A stretch of DNA of 64,000 nt from Myxococcota bacterium (GTDB lineage: Bacteria > Myxococcota_A > UBA9160 > JAFDDA01). The stretch lies in the NCBI GenBank assembly GCA_965228475.1, contig OZ245817.1, forward strand, positions 2,848,001 through 2,912,000, read 5' to 3'. A program made the translations under genes and the position numbers. Within the stretch, counting starts at the first letter, position 1. The number at the start of each line of letters is the position of its first letter. This document shows positions 9,231-20,496 of the stretch, one piece after another. Under the pieces are notes generated by a model. The model did no database searches. It was not told the DNA's origin and was given only the letters and a program-made list of their open reading frames with translations.

Positions 9231-10714
9231 GCCCCCTGGCAGCCGGCGGGACCCCCGACGGAACCGTGCGGAACGCAGACCACTTCGGGCTTCGTCCAGC
9301 GCTTCCGGAGGTAGCAGGTTCCCGAGTCCGCCCGCGAAGTGTCCGCGTGCACCGAGTCGTGGGCGCCCAGGGCGATCGAGGGCTTCGATGCGTGATACGT
9401 GTTGAAGTCGATGAGGCTGTTCGACCCACCCCACCCGATCTGCCCCTTCGAACTCACGACCGAGTTGCAGCGAGCGACGGTCCCGTCGGCCGAGTCCTGG
9501 GCGTTGATCCAGCTTCCGCTGTCGACCACCGTGTTGTTCAAGACTTCGCTGTCCCGGCCCGCAACGATCGTCGCGATGCTCTGCTGGCTTCTGGCTCGGT
9601 CGATGCGATGCAGGTGATTTCCGATCACCCGGGTGTTCCGGGCCGACCCGGCCACGGTGACGCCTCGGGGCCCCTCCTCGAGGAAGTTGTCCTTCACCAC
9701 GACGTGGCTTCCGTGCATTCCCACGACGACCAGGCCACCCCAGGAGCCGCTGGCTCCGCAGGCATCCTCCCAGTCTCCCTTGGGCCCCTGGTCGGTCTCG
9801 AGCCACCCCCAGATCCGATTGTTCGAGATCGTCACCCGCTCCTGGGCCAGGTCTCCGGACCCGCCGAGCTTGATGTCGATCCCCTCTTCACCGCAAGAGC
9901 ACGGACCGTCCCACTGCAGCTTGCCGCGACAGTCCGTCCTCCGGGCCTTCGAGAGATAGATGTCGTTCTCGTCGATCACGAGATCCCGAAACCGGCCCCC
10001 GGGCAAGAACTCGGGACGAGAGTAGAGCTGGATCCCGTCGGTGCAGTCGTAGATCTCGTTCTGGACGAGCCGGTTTCCCTGCTGATGGTGGCCGGGGCCC
10101 GGATCGACGAACAAGACACAGACGCGGTCCCCGCCGTAGACGATCTTCGAGCGCCGAACGACCGAGTCCTGGAGGACGTTCCCATGCGACGCGCCCTCGA
10201 AGCGGACCTGCTCCCACTCCGCCTCCTGGACCACCAGCCGGTTCAGGACGTTCCGGCTCGCGTCCTTCAGCCACAGACCGACCCGCTCCCCTCCCCGGAT
10301 GAAGAGGCCATCGACCACCCAGTGTTCCGCGCCTCGCAGCGTGAGCGCCTGGAGCGTGACCCGCGCCGAAGCGCGGAGCTTCAAGGGATGAAGCCCGGCA
10401 TCGACCCGCCGGATCACGCGCGGCCGGGCGGCAGTACCCGAACGCTCGAGGCGGATCACGCCCGCCGCGCTGTAGTCACCGGGATGGACGCAGAAGATGC
10501 GGAGCCCCGGCTCGTTCACGCGCGACCAGTCGCTGTCCTGCCGGATGAAGGTGACCTCCGGGTTCGAGGCGTCGCAGGCGGGCATCGCCGGAGCGACGGC
10601 ATACCGGCTCGTCGAGAATCCTCGGCAGCTGGCACCGGAAGCCAGCGCCGCAATCACGATGGCGAGACAGACCCGCCATCGCACGCCAAGGGTGCGATCT
10701 CGTCCGATTCCCAC
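9227..10714 (-). CDS. Secreted right-handed parallel beta-helix protein (pectate-lyase-like fold)
   Basis: Hydrophobic N-terminus, VHPGDY, repeated NRLVQNEIY / DENDIY / ISNNRIW / KDNFL / IGNHL / LNNTV rungs, DGIQLY and EEGIDIK; start uncertain (GTG 10714 or 10684). Confidence 0.7.
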   Translation of the reverse strand: MGIGRDRTLGVRWRVCLAIVIAALASGASCRGFSTSRYAVAPAMPACDASNPEVTFIRQDSDWSRVNEPGLRIFCVHPGDYSAAGVIRLERSGTAARPRVIRRVDAGLHPLKLRASARVTLQALTLRGAEHWVVDGLFIRGGERVGLWLKDASRNVLNRLVVQEAEWEQVRFEGASHGNVLQDSVVRRSKIVYGGDRVCVLFVDPGPGHHQQGNRLVQNEIYDCTDGIQLYSRPEFLPGGRFRDLVIDENDIYLSKARRTDCRGKLQWDGPCSCGEEGIDIKLGGSGDLAQERVTISNNRIWGWLETDQGPKGDWEDACGASGSWGGLVVVGMHGSHVVVKDNFLEEGPRGVTVAGSARNTRVIGNHLHRIDRARSQQSIATIVAGRDSEVLNNTVVDSGSWINAQDSADGTVARCNSVVSSKGQIGWGGSNSLIDFNTYHASKPSIALGAHDSVHADTSRADSGTCYLRKRWTKPEVVCVPHGSVGGPAGCQGA

Positions 10715-10907
10715 GGCCCCCCCTCTTCGACCGAGCCATCCCCAAAGAAGCCGGGGCCGCTCACGGCCTGGACGACGGCCTGTGCAAAAGGCGTGCAAAG
10801 GAATCCAAGGCCGTCCCAACCCTCCTTGCGGCGATGTGGGGGCCGGGGGGTGTGATCCGTCGCACGCCCTCGGGAGTTCCGGTCGGACTTACACGGCGAT
10901 CGATTCC

Positions 10908-10936
10908 TTGACAAAGTAAATTTTACGGCGTATACA
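10908..10936 (+). promoter_or_regulatory. Sigma70-type promoter with overlapping palindromic operator
   Basis: TTGACA-17 nt-TATACA; palindromes GTAAA-T-TTTAC (10916-10926) and TTTAC-GGC-GTATA. Confidence 0.75.
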
Positions 10937-10943
10937 CCACCCC

Positions 10944-11525
10944 ATGCCGCGAACCGCCCTCTCCCAGGATCAGGTCGACGAGTTCCGCGAGGCGCTGTGC
11001 GAGACCGCCACCCGCCTCTTCGCCGGCCACGGCTACGAGGGCGTCACCATGCGCGCCCTGGCCCGGGAGCTCGGTTGCAGCCCGATGACGCCCTACCGCT
11101 ATTTCGAGAACAAGGCCGAGATCTTCGAAACGGTCCGCTCCGCGGCCGCCCACCGCTTCGCCGATGCGATCGACGGTGCCGGCAAGGCCCACTCGGAGCA
11201 CCGGCCGCGCCTCGAGGCCATGTGCCGGGCCTACGTCGAGTTCGCCGTGGTCGAACCCCACGGCTACCGGATCATCTTCGAACTCGACCAGGACCAGCGC
11301 CCGCCGGACCGGAGCCTCGAGGACGCCCGCGGCTGGTTCGTCATGAAGGCCGCCGTGACCGAGGCCATCGAGGCCGGCGCCCTCGAAGGCGACCCCGATG
11401 CCGTGGCGCATCTGTTCTGGTCGGGCATCCACGGCATCGTGGCCCTGCATCTGTCCGGAATGCTCCAGCTCGGCATGGAGCTCGAATCCCTCGTCGAAGC
11501 CTTCATCGAACGCGAACTCGGCTGA
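10944..11525 (+). CDS. TetR/AcrR family regulator (WHG-type C-domain)
   Basis: LFAGHGYEGVTMRALARELGCSPMTPYRYFENK; WSGIHG. Confidence 0.93.
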   Translation: MPRTALSQDQVDEFREALCETATRLFAGHGYEGVTMRALARELGCSPMTPYRYFENKAEIFETVRSAAAHRFADAIDGAGKAHSEHRPRLEAMCRAYVEFAVVEPHGYRIIFELDQDQRPPDRSLEDARGWFVMKAAVTEAIEAGALEGDPDAVAHLFWSGIHGIVALHLSGMLQLGMELESLVEAFIERELG

Positions 11526-11568
11526 GGCGCGCGCCCCGCGCCCTGCCCTTCCGCCCCAGGAGTCCGTC

Positions 11569-12993
11569 ATGAACGAACGCATCCAGACCGCCAACGAACG
11601 TTTCGCGCAGATCTCGCGGCCGAACCCCGTCGAGGCCGATGGCCCGATCACGCGCGTGGAGGGGGAGATCCCGCGCGAGCTCTCGGGCACCCTCTACCGC
11701 AACGGACCCAACCAGAAGGTCGCCCCCCAGGCCGGCGCCCGCGCGCTCCACTTCTTCGATGGCGACGCTCTCATCCAGGCGATCCGCTTCGAGGACGGCA
11801 CGGCCCACCACCTCGGCCGCTACGCGCGCACCGAGAGTTTCCTGCGCAACGAAGCCGAGGGCGCCTACGCGGTGGCCGGCCTGAACCTCCCGGCGGACCG
11901 AGCGGTCGAGCCGCTGCTCCCGAGCCATGCGCCCAACACGAACGTCGTACCCCACGCGGGCCGGCTCTTCGCCATGGCGGAGAACATGCCGCCCTTCGAG
12001 ATGGACCCGAAGACCCTCGAGTCCAAGGGGCTCTGGGAGTACGACGGGAAGATGGTCGGGATGTCGACGACGGCCCACCCGAAGATCGACGGCAAGACCG
12101 GCCAGATGTGGATCCACGGCTATGCGCCGATCGCCCCCTTCATCCAGCTCTACTGCGTCGAGCCCGATGGCACGGTCTCGCTCGCCGAAACCCACGACGC
12201 GCCGTGGGCTTCGATGATGCACGACTTCGCCATCACCGAGAACCACGTGATCTTCCCGCTCGGCAGCATCGGCTTCGACCTGAACCCCCTGCTCCAGGGC
12301 GAGCGCTTCAGCAAAGCCATCCAGGGCAACGACCGGCCGATGATCTTCGGCATCCGCCGCCGCGAGCCGGGCAGCGAGGTGCACTGGTTCGAGACTTCCT
12401 CGGTCGGGTACATGTTCCACCCGGGCAACGCCTACGAGGTCGACGGCCGCATCCTCATGGATGCCTGCACCTACGAGAACCCGCAGGGCCTGATCGACTC
12501 CCTCGACGGTGCGCGGGACGCCGAGGTCGGCTGCGGGCTGAACGCCCACCCGTACCTCTACGAGTTCGACCTCGAGTCCGGCACCTGCAAGGAGACGAAG
12601 TTCTCCGACTCGACGGCCGAGTTCCCGCGCATCGACGACCGCCTCGTGGGGCACGAGAATCGCTTCGGGTACGCCGCGACGGCCGAGCCCGACGACGGCG
12701 CCCTCGGCTTCGCCCGGCGCATCACCCGGTACGACCGCAAGGGCGGCGCCTCGCTCCACCGCGCGGCGGCCGAGGGCCAGTGGGTCGGCGAGCCCGTCTT
12801 CGTCCCGCGCGACGCGGAGGCCGCCGAAGACGACGGTTTCGTGCTCTTCCCCGTCTACGATGCCATCCGGGACGAGACGGCCGTCGAGATCCTCGACGCC
12901 GGTGCCGTCGATGCCGGGCCGGTCGCACGGCTGTGGCTCGACACCCGGATGCCCTTCGGCTTCCACGGCAACTGGGCGGGCGCCGCGCGCTAG
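11569..12993 (+). CDS. Carotenoid cleavage oxygenase / lignostilbene dioxygenase (RPE65) family
   Basis: GEIPRELSGTLYRNGPN, FDGD, four Fe-binding His (TAHPK, MHDF, MFHPGN, GFHGNW), EFPRID, GEPVFVP, EDDG. Confidence 0.93.
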   Translation: MNERIQTANERFAQISRPNPVEADGPITRVEGEIPRELSGTLYRNGPNQKVAPQAGARALHFFDGDALIQAIRFEDGTAHHLGRYARTESFLRNEAEGAYAVAGLNLPADRAVEPLLPSHAPNTNVVPHAGRLFAMAENMPPFEMDPKTLESKGLWEYDGKMVGMSTTAHPKIDGKTGQMWIHGYAPIAPFIQLYCVEPDGTVSLAETHDAPWASMMHDFAITENHVIFPLGSIGFDLNPLLQGERFSKAIQGNDRPMIFGIRRREPGSEVHWFETSSVGYMFHPGNAYEVDGRILMDACTYENPQGLIDSLDGARDAEVGCGLNAHPYLYEFDLESGTCKETKFSDSTAEFPRIDDRLVGHENRFGYAATAEPDDGALGFARRITRYDRKGGASLHRAAAEGQWVGEPVFVPRDAEAAEDDGFVLFPVYDAIRDETAVEILDAGAVDAGPVARLWLDTRMPFGFHGNWAGAAR

Positions 12994-13640
12994 GCCTCGC
13001 CGTACAGGAAGCGCATGTCCGGCCGCTCGGTGCAGAAGTAGTGCACCCAGATGTAGGCGTGCGAGAAGGCCGCGACGAGCAACCCGGCCCCCGAGCCGAA
13101 GGCCAGCGCGATCGCCCAGAAGGCGAGGAACGCGTAGACGTACATGCCGTTGCTCGTGAAGCGGAAGATGCCCTCGCGGACGAGCGGCATCGTGCGGTAG
13201 CGCGGGTCGAAGTGATCGGCGCCCGCCGCACGCACGGGGCCGAAGTAGCGCGCGACGCTGTAGCCCGCGTAGACCGCGGGCGCGGCCACCAGGCTGCCCA
13301 GCGAGAGCTGCTGCGCCAGGGAGAGGCCGAGGCTCCCCCGGTCGAGCCAGGAGAGCCAGGCCAGCGCGACGAAGCGCCCGCCAAAGAGGACGAAGAAGAT
13401 CGCCAGGTAGACCCCGAAGCCGATCGTCTCGCTCGTGGCGCGGGACCGGAGTTCGGCCCGCCATGCGATCCAGACGAAGACCTGGTGCAGGACCGGAAGT
13501 GCGACGGCCGCCCAGAAGGCGGTGGGATGCGGCGCGCCGAGGGCCCGCCACGCCAACACCGTCAGCGCCAGCAGGAGACCAAGCGACGCGGCATGGAGCG
13601 GAAACCCGCTGCCGAAGGAAGGGGCGGAATCCTGGCTCAT
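12990..13640 (-). CDS. PEMT-like membrane phospholipid methyltransferase family protein
   Basis: Multi-TM protein; GADHFD..LVREGIFRFTSNGMY; TERPDMRFLYG. Confidence 0.7.
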   Translation of the reverse strand: MSQDSAPSFGSGFPLHAASLGLLLALTVLAWRALGAPHPTAFWAAVALPVLHQVFVWIAWRAELRSRATSETIGFGVYLAIFFVLFGGRFVALAWLSWLDRGSLGLSLAQQLSLGSLVAAPAVYAGYSVARYFGPVRAAGADHFDPRYRTMPLVREGIFRFTSNGMYVYAFLAFWAIALAFGSGAGLLVAAFSHAYIWVHYFCTERPDMRFLYGEA

Positions 13641-13696
13641 CGGGCTGCCTCACGATGATTCTACGACAGCCTGCCTCCGCAGAGCCGCCTCCTCCT

Positions 13697-13720
13697 AAAA
13701 CAATCAATCCTGATTGCTTT
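13697..13720. promoter_or_regulatory. Palindromic operator (probable TetR site) in divergent intergenic region
   Basis: AAAaCAATCA-atcc-TGATTGcTTT, an AT-rich island in GC-rich DNA. Confidence 0.65.
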
Positions 13721-13771
13721 TTTAGCCGAAGCTCGGTACACCCTAGGAGGACCGCGCCCCAAGGAGACCCG

Positions 13772-14554
13772 ATGGCGACGGAAGTCGTGGAGCCGCCCCG
13801 GCGGAACTGGATGACCCCGGCGCAGGCGCTGCGCGCGGCGCGAGCCCTCGGCGGCGCGATCCGGGACCCGGACCGGACGGACCTGATCGGCGAGTTCATC
13901 GCCGCCACCTCGGGCGCTTCCGGCGCAGAACTCTACGACGAGCTCATGGCCGACCCAGAGGCCCGCGCGATCCTCGAGGAAGGCCGCGACCTCGAGTCGA
14001 CGCTCTCCGATCGCGAATCGCTCGCCGCGATGCCGCCCGGCAGCCTCGGCCGTACCTACCATGCCTGGACTTCCGAACGCGACTTCGACGCCGAAGGCAT
14101 CGCCAACGCCATCCGCAAGCAGGTCCCGCGGGACCTCGGCGGCCCCTTCCCCACCCTCGCCGCCCGCGTCGTCGACCAGCACGACCTCTGGCACGTCCTG
14201 AACGGGTGGGACTCCGACATCCACGGCGAGCTCCACCTGCTCGGCTTCAGCCACGCCCAGCTCGGCGGCCGCGGCTGGATCTGGCTGGCCCGCCTCGCGG
14301 TCTTCTTCCTCTCCTCCGCCGGGAGCTCGGAGAGCCGCCGGTACCTGGAAACGGCCATCGCCCGCGGCCGGAAGGCCCGGACGCTTGCAGGCGTCGACTG
14401 GGAAGCCATGCTGCCCTTGCCGCTCGAGGAAGTGCGCCTTCGTCTCGGGATCGACCCGCCGGTCCCCTACGAACGCCTCGAACCCGCCGACGCCCAGCGC
14501 CTTCGCGCGAAGAGCCCGGTGCTTCGCCTCCTGAACACCGTCCTGCCGGCCTGA
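13772..14554 (+). CDS. Coq4-family protein
   Basis: LAAMPPGSLGRTY, HDLWHVLNGWDSDIHGE (HDxxH-x11-E), VDWEAML; AAGGAG RBS. Confidence 0.8.
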   Translation: MATEVVEPPRRNWMTPAQALRAARALGGAIRDPDRTDLIGEFIAATSGASGAELYDELMADPEARAILEEGRDLESTLSDRESLAAMPPGSLGRTYHAWTSERDFDAEGIANAIRKQVPRDLGGPFPTLAARVVDQHDLWHVLNGWDSDIHGELHLLGFSHAQLGGRGWIWLARLAVFFLSSAGSSESRRYLETAIARGRKARTLAGVDWEAMLPLPLEEVRLRLGIDPPVPYERLEPADAQRLRAKSPVLRLLNTVLPA

Positions 14555-14573
14555 GCGGCGAGAGGAACCCGAC

Positions 14574-16390
<1,817 letters not shown>

Positions 16391-16391
<1 letters not shown>

Positions 16392-17230
16392 TGGCCGGCC
16401 GAGGGCCCCTCTCCCGCGAGGCCCGGGCGGTGGTGACCGGCGCCGGCAGCGGCATCGGCCGCGGGTTCGCCGAGGAGATCCACCGGCGGGGCGGCGCCTT
16501 GGTCTGCGCGGACGTCGATGCGGAGGCCGCGGAGGAGACCGCCGCGAGCCTTCGCCGCGCAGGAGGTCACGCCCGCGCGGTGCGTTGCGACGTCGCGCAG
16601 CTCGAAGAGGTCGAAGCGCTGGCCAAGGAGGCCGAGGCCTTCTTCGGCACCGAGACGACCCTCGTCGTGAACAACGCCGGCGTCGGGGTCGGCGGCGCGC
16701 TCCTCGAAGACATCGCGATGGACGACTGGCGCTGGATCGTCGGCGTGAACCTCTGGGGCGTGGTGCACGGCTGCAGGGTCTTCGCTCCCCGCTTGCGCGC
16801 TGCCGGCTCGGGAGGGATCGTGAACGTCTCCTCGGCAGCGAGCTTCGGCGCGGCGCCCCGCATGGGCGCCTACAACGTGACGAAGGCCGCGGTGCTCTCC
16901 CTCTCGGAGACCCTCCACGCCGAGATGTCGGGCAGCGGCGTCCACGTCGCCGTCCTGTGTCCGACCTTCGTGCGCACCAACATCATCCGGAAGTCGCGCA
17001 TCGCCGTCGGCTCCCGCGACCGGGCCCAGGCGCTGATGGACCGCCGGGGCGTCGACGCCAGCGAAGTGGCCCGCAAGACCCTCGACGCCCTCGACCGCAA
17101 CCGCCTTCACGTCCTGCCCCAGGCCGATGCCCGCTTCGCCTGGCGCATCAAGCGGTGGCTTCCCGGCCTGTACACCCGCGGCATGGGGCGCGCGGCGCGC
17201 GCCGCCGCCAGGGAGCTCGAGAAGGAATGA
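16391..17230 (+). CDS. Short-chain dehydrogenase/reductase
   Basis: TGAGSGIG, NNAG, YNVTK; TGATG coupling to the BVMO. Confidence 0.9.
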
Positions 17231-17883
17231 GCGACCCCCTCGCCCGGGAGAAGGCGCCGCGTCGGCCGGGCCGAAAGCGCCAGGCCCGCAGCGCAGCCAC
17301 GCGAGAGAGCATCCTCGACGCGGCCCTCGAGTGCCTCGTCGAGCGCGGCTTCGCCCGGACCGCCACCGCCGACGTCGCCGAGCGTGCCGGTGTCTCGCGC
17401 GGGGCGCAGCTCCACCACTTCCCGACGCGCGCCGGGCTGCTCGCGGCCACGGTCGAACACCTCGCCGAGCGCCGGCTCACGGAGCTCGGCCGGACGCTCG
17501 AAGCGCACGACCGGACGGGAGACGACATCGATGCCATGGTCGACTTCGTCTGGGAGGCCTACTCGGACCCGGCCGCGTACGCGAGCCTCGAGCTGCTGAT
17601 CGCCGCGCGCACGGACGACGACCTGCTCGCCCACCTGCGCCCCGTCGCCGAGCGGTTCGAGGGCTCCCTCGCCCAGGCCGACCTCGACCTCGCCCCGGAT
17701 TCCATGGCGCGCGAACGACGCGCGGCCCTGCGAAAGCTCGTGATCTCCACGATGCAGGGCCTCGCCGTGATGCGCATCCTCGGAGAGGACGACGCCGCGG
17801 TGGAGCCCGTCCTCGACATGCTGAAGGACCTCTGCCGCCGGAGCCTGGCGAGCGAGGCGAACGAGTCCGACCCCCGCGACTGA
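17227..17883 (+). CDS. TetR/AcrR family regulator
   Basis: ILDAALECLVERGFARTATADVAERAGVSRGAQLHHFPTR. Confidence 0.92.
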   Translation: MSDPLAREKAPRRPGRKRQARSAATRESILDAALECLVERGFARTATADVAERAGVSRGAQLHHFPTRAGLLAATVEHLAERRLTELGRTLEAHDRTGDDIDAMVDFVWEAYSDPAAYASLELLIAARTDDDLLAHLRPVAERFEGSLAQADLDLAPDSMARERRAALRKLVISTMQGLAVMRILGEDDAAVEPVLDMLKDLCRRSLASEANESDPRD

Positions 17884-17943
17884 TCCGGGCCGTTGGAGGT
17901 ACACTCGCGTGGCGCCGCGGACGAGACGGCCGCACGAGGGCCC

Positions 17944-19194
17944 GTGTCGAACGAAGTCATCCGCATCCGCGATCTCGCCCAGCCAGAACGGACCGACCTG
18001 CAGCGGGCGGGCCTCGCCTATGCCGAGACGCTCGAGCTCGACCTGAGCGTCGAGGCCGTGCTCGCGAAAGCCTCCGAGACCGCCGGCCTCGACGACTTCG
18101 GCCCGAGCGACTTCACCGACCGCCTCGCCCTCTGGCTCTCGGAGCCCGACGAAGACCCGGACCGCACCGACCTCGGGCGCCTGATCCTCTTCAACGACTG
18201 CGTCCGCTATGCCACGAACCGCCTGCGCATCCACAAGCTCCTCGCCGACCATCCCGAGATCCACGACCTCGAGATCCGCGCGCCGATCATCGTCCTCGGG
18301 CTGCCGCGCTCCGGAACGACGCACCTCGTGAACCTGATCGCCGCGGACGGGCGCCTGCGCTCGATGCCGCTCTGGGAGGGCCAGGCGCCGGTCGCCGAAG
18401 AGAATCCTTCCCGCGGCCCCGCCGATCCGCGCTGGGCCCGCTGCCAACAGGCGTGGGAGCAGATGCAGGCGGCCTCCCCGCTCATCTCCGCCATGCATCC
18501 GATGAACCCGGACCACGTCCACGAAGAGCTCGAACTCATGCTCCCGGACTTCTCGAGCTACAACCAGGAGTGGACGGGACGCGTCCCGAAGTGGGTCGAG
18601 TACTACCACGCCCACGACCAGCGCCCGCACTACGCCTACATGAAGACGGGCCTGAAGATCCTCCAGTGGTACCTCCCGCGCGAGCGCTGGGTGCTCAAGT
18701 GCCCGCAGCACCTCGAACAGATCGGTCCGCTCGTCGAGACGTTCCCGGACGCCACCTTCGTCGTGACCCACCGCGACCCCGTCGCCGTGATCCAGTCCGC
18801 CGCGACCATGACCTGCTACGGCGCGCGCATGAGCTACCGGACGACGGACCCCGCGTGGTACCTCGACTACTGGTCGAAGCGGGTCCACGAGCTGCTCTCG
18901 GCATCCGTGCGGGATCGGGCCCTCCTCCCCGAGTCGCGAACGATCGACGTCCCCTTCCACGAGTTCATGGCGGACGACCTCGCGATGGTCGAGTGCGTCT
19001 ACGAGGTCGCCGGGCTCCCGATGACCGGGAACGCGCGACGCGAGATCCAAGCCCACCTCTCGGCTCACGCCCGCGGCAAGCACGGCCGGGTGGTCTACGA
19101 CCTGCGCGCGGACTTCGGCGCCGAGCCCGCGCGAGTCCGCGAGCCCTTCCGCTTCTACATGGATCGTTTTCCGATCGAGACCGAGGTGACCTGA
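17944..19194 (+). CDS. Sulfotransferase family protein (PAPS-dependent)
   Basis: PIIVLGLPRSGTTHL (5'-PSB loop), WVLKCPQH, THRDP; start GTG 17944 (alternative TTG 17893). Confidence 0.88.
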   Translation: MSNEVIRIRDLAQPERTDLQRAGLAYAETLELDLSVEAVLAKASETAGLDDFGPSDFTDRLALWLSEPDEDPDRTDLGRLILFNDCVRYATNRLRIHKLLADHPEIHDLEIRAPIIVLGLPRSGTTHLVNLIAADGRLRSMPLWEGQAPVAEENPSRGPADPRWARCQQAWEQMQAASPLISAMHPMNPDHVHEELELMLPDFSSYNQEWTGRVPKWVEYYHAHDQRPHYAYMKTGLKILQWYLPRERWVLKCPQHLEQIGPLVETFPDATFVVTHRDPVAVIQSAATMTCYGARMSYRTTDPAWYLDYWSKRVHELLSASVRDRALLPESRTIDVPFHEFMADDLAMVECVYEVAGLPMTGNARREIQAHLSAHARGKHGRVVYDLRADFGAEPARVREPFRFYMDRFPIETEVT

Positions 19195-20477
19195 TGGCGC
19201 GGGCCGAAATCGAACGAGAGGTCGACCGCCTGATCGACGAGCGTCCGGGGCGCGAGCTCCTGCATGTCCCCTACGACGACGCCGCCGTGCAGGTCCACGC
19301 CCGCGTCTGGCGCTCGGCCGGCCCGACGGCGAGCTACCTCGTCGATTGTGGCAGCGAGCGCGTCATCGTGAACTGCGGCATGGGCTTCGAAGCGCCCCAC
19401 CACCGGGCGCTGTTCGCCCCGGTCCATCCGGGCCCGACCCGCTACATCATCACGACCCAGGGCCACGTCGACCACGTCGGCGGGGTCTCCCAGTTCCGGG
19501 AGCCGGGAACCCAGTACGTCGCCCACGCCAACAACCCCCGCTGCCAGGCCGACGACCGGCGCATCGCGCGGTTCCGCGGCGCGACCGCGCTCACCTGGTT
19601 CCCGGATCTCCCGCAGATGATCGGGGATCTGCGGAAGCGATACCCGGATGCGAAGCCCGTTCAGGACGCCCCGACCCCGGACCTGACCTTCGAGACCCGC
19701 ATGCCGCTTCGCGCGGGAGATCTCGACTTCGAACTCGTCCACTGCCCGGGCGGCGAGACGATCGACAGCCTCGTCGTCTGGTTCCCCGAGCTCCGCACGG
19801 CGATCGTGAGCAACCTCTTCGGCCCCCTCTTCCCCCACTTTCCGAACTTCAACACGCTGCGGGGCGACCTCTACCGCTTCCCGGTTCCCTACATGGAAAA
19901 CGTCGACCGCGTCCGAGCGCTCGGTGCCGAGACCCTGATCACCGGCCGCCACCTTCCGATCGTCGGCGCCGACTTGATCGATGCCTGCCTCGCCCGCATG
20001 CGCGGTGCCGTCGAACACGTCCACGACCAGACCCTCGCCATGATCAACGAGCAGAAGAGTCCCTACGAGATCATGCGTGGGGTCTCGCTTCCACCGGAGC
20101 TGCGGGTCGGCCAGGGCTACGGGAAGATCGAGTGGGGCGCGCGAACGATCTTCGAGGCCTACACCGGCTGGTTCCAGCGGCGCTCGACGGCCGACCTCTA
20201 CGCCGCGGACCCGGCCGACGCCCCCGCCGCGCTCGCAGGCCTGCTCGACTCCGAGCGGGTCGTCGACCTCGCGCGCGAGCGCCTCGCCGAGGGAGACGCC
20301 GCCACCGCCATCCGGCTCGCCGAAGCCGCCCTCGCCGCGCACCCCCGCGACCGCGGCGCGATGCAGCTCATGCTCGACGCCCACGAGGCCCTGCTCGAGA
20401 CGGGCGACGAGAGTTTCTGGGAGAGCGGCTGGCTACGCTCCCAGATCGAACGCTGGCGCGAAGCCCTGGCTCCGTGA
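19194..20477 (+). CDS. Alkyl-sulfatase-like metallo-beta-lactamase fold hydrolase
   Basis: TQGHVDHVGG, PGGETID, PNFNTLRGD, GQGYGK..W.AR.IFEAYTGWF, FWESGWL. Confidence 0.82.
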   Translation: MARAEIEREVDRLIDERPGRELLHVPYDDAAVQVHARVWRSAGPTASYLVDCGSERVIVNCGMGFEAPHHRALFAPVHPGPTRYIITTQGHVDHVGGVSQFREPGTQYVAHANNPRCQADDRRIARFRGATALTWFPDLPQMIGDLRKRYPDAKPVQDAPTPDLTFETRMPLRAGDLDFELVHCPGGETIDSLVVWFPELRTAIVSNLFGPLFPHFPNFNTLRGDLYRFPVPYMENVDRVRALGAETLITGRHLPIVGADLIDACLARMRGAVEHVHDQTLAMINEQKSPYEIMRGVSLPPELRVGQGYGKIEWGARTIFEAYTGWFQRRSTADLYAADPADAPAALAGLLDSERVVDLARERLAEGDAATAIRLAEAALAAHPRDRGAMQLMLDAHEALLETGDESFWESGWLRSQIERWREALAP

Positions 20478-20496
20478 GCGGGCGCCGAGGAGGACC

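Noticed and set aside
10783..10866. Sigma54-like (TTGCACG-N4-TTGCA, minus strand) and CRP-like (TGTGA-N6-GCACG) sites
   Set aside because: The -24 GG is broken and the CRP half-site has two mismatches; too weak to call
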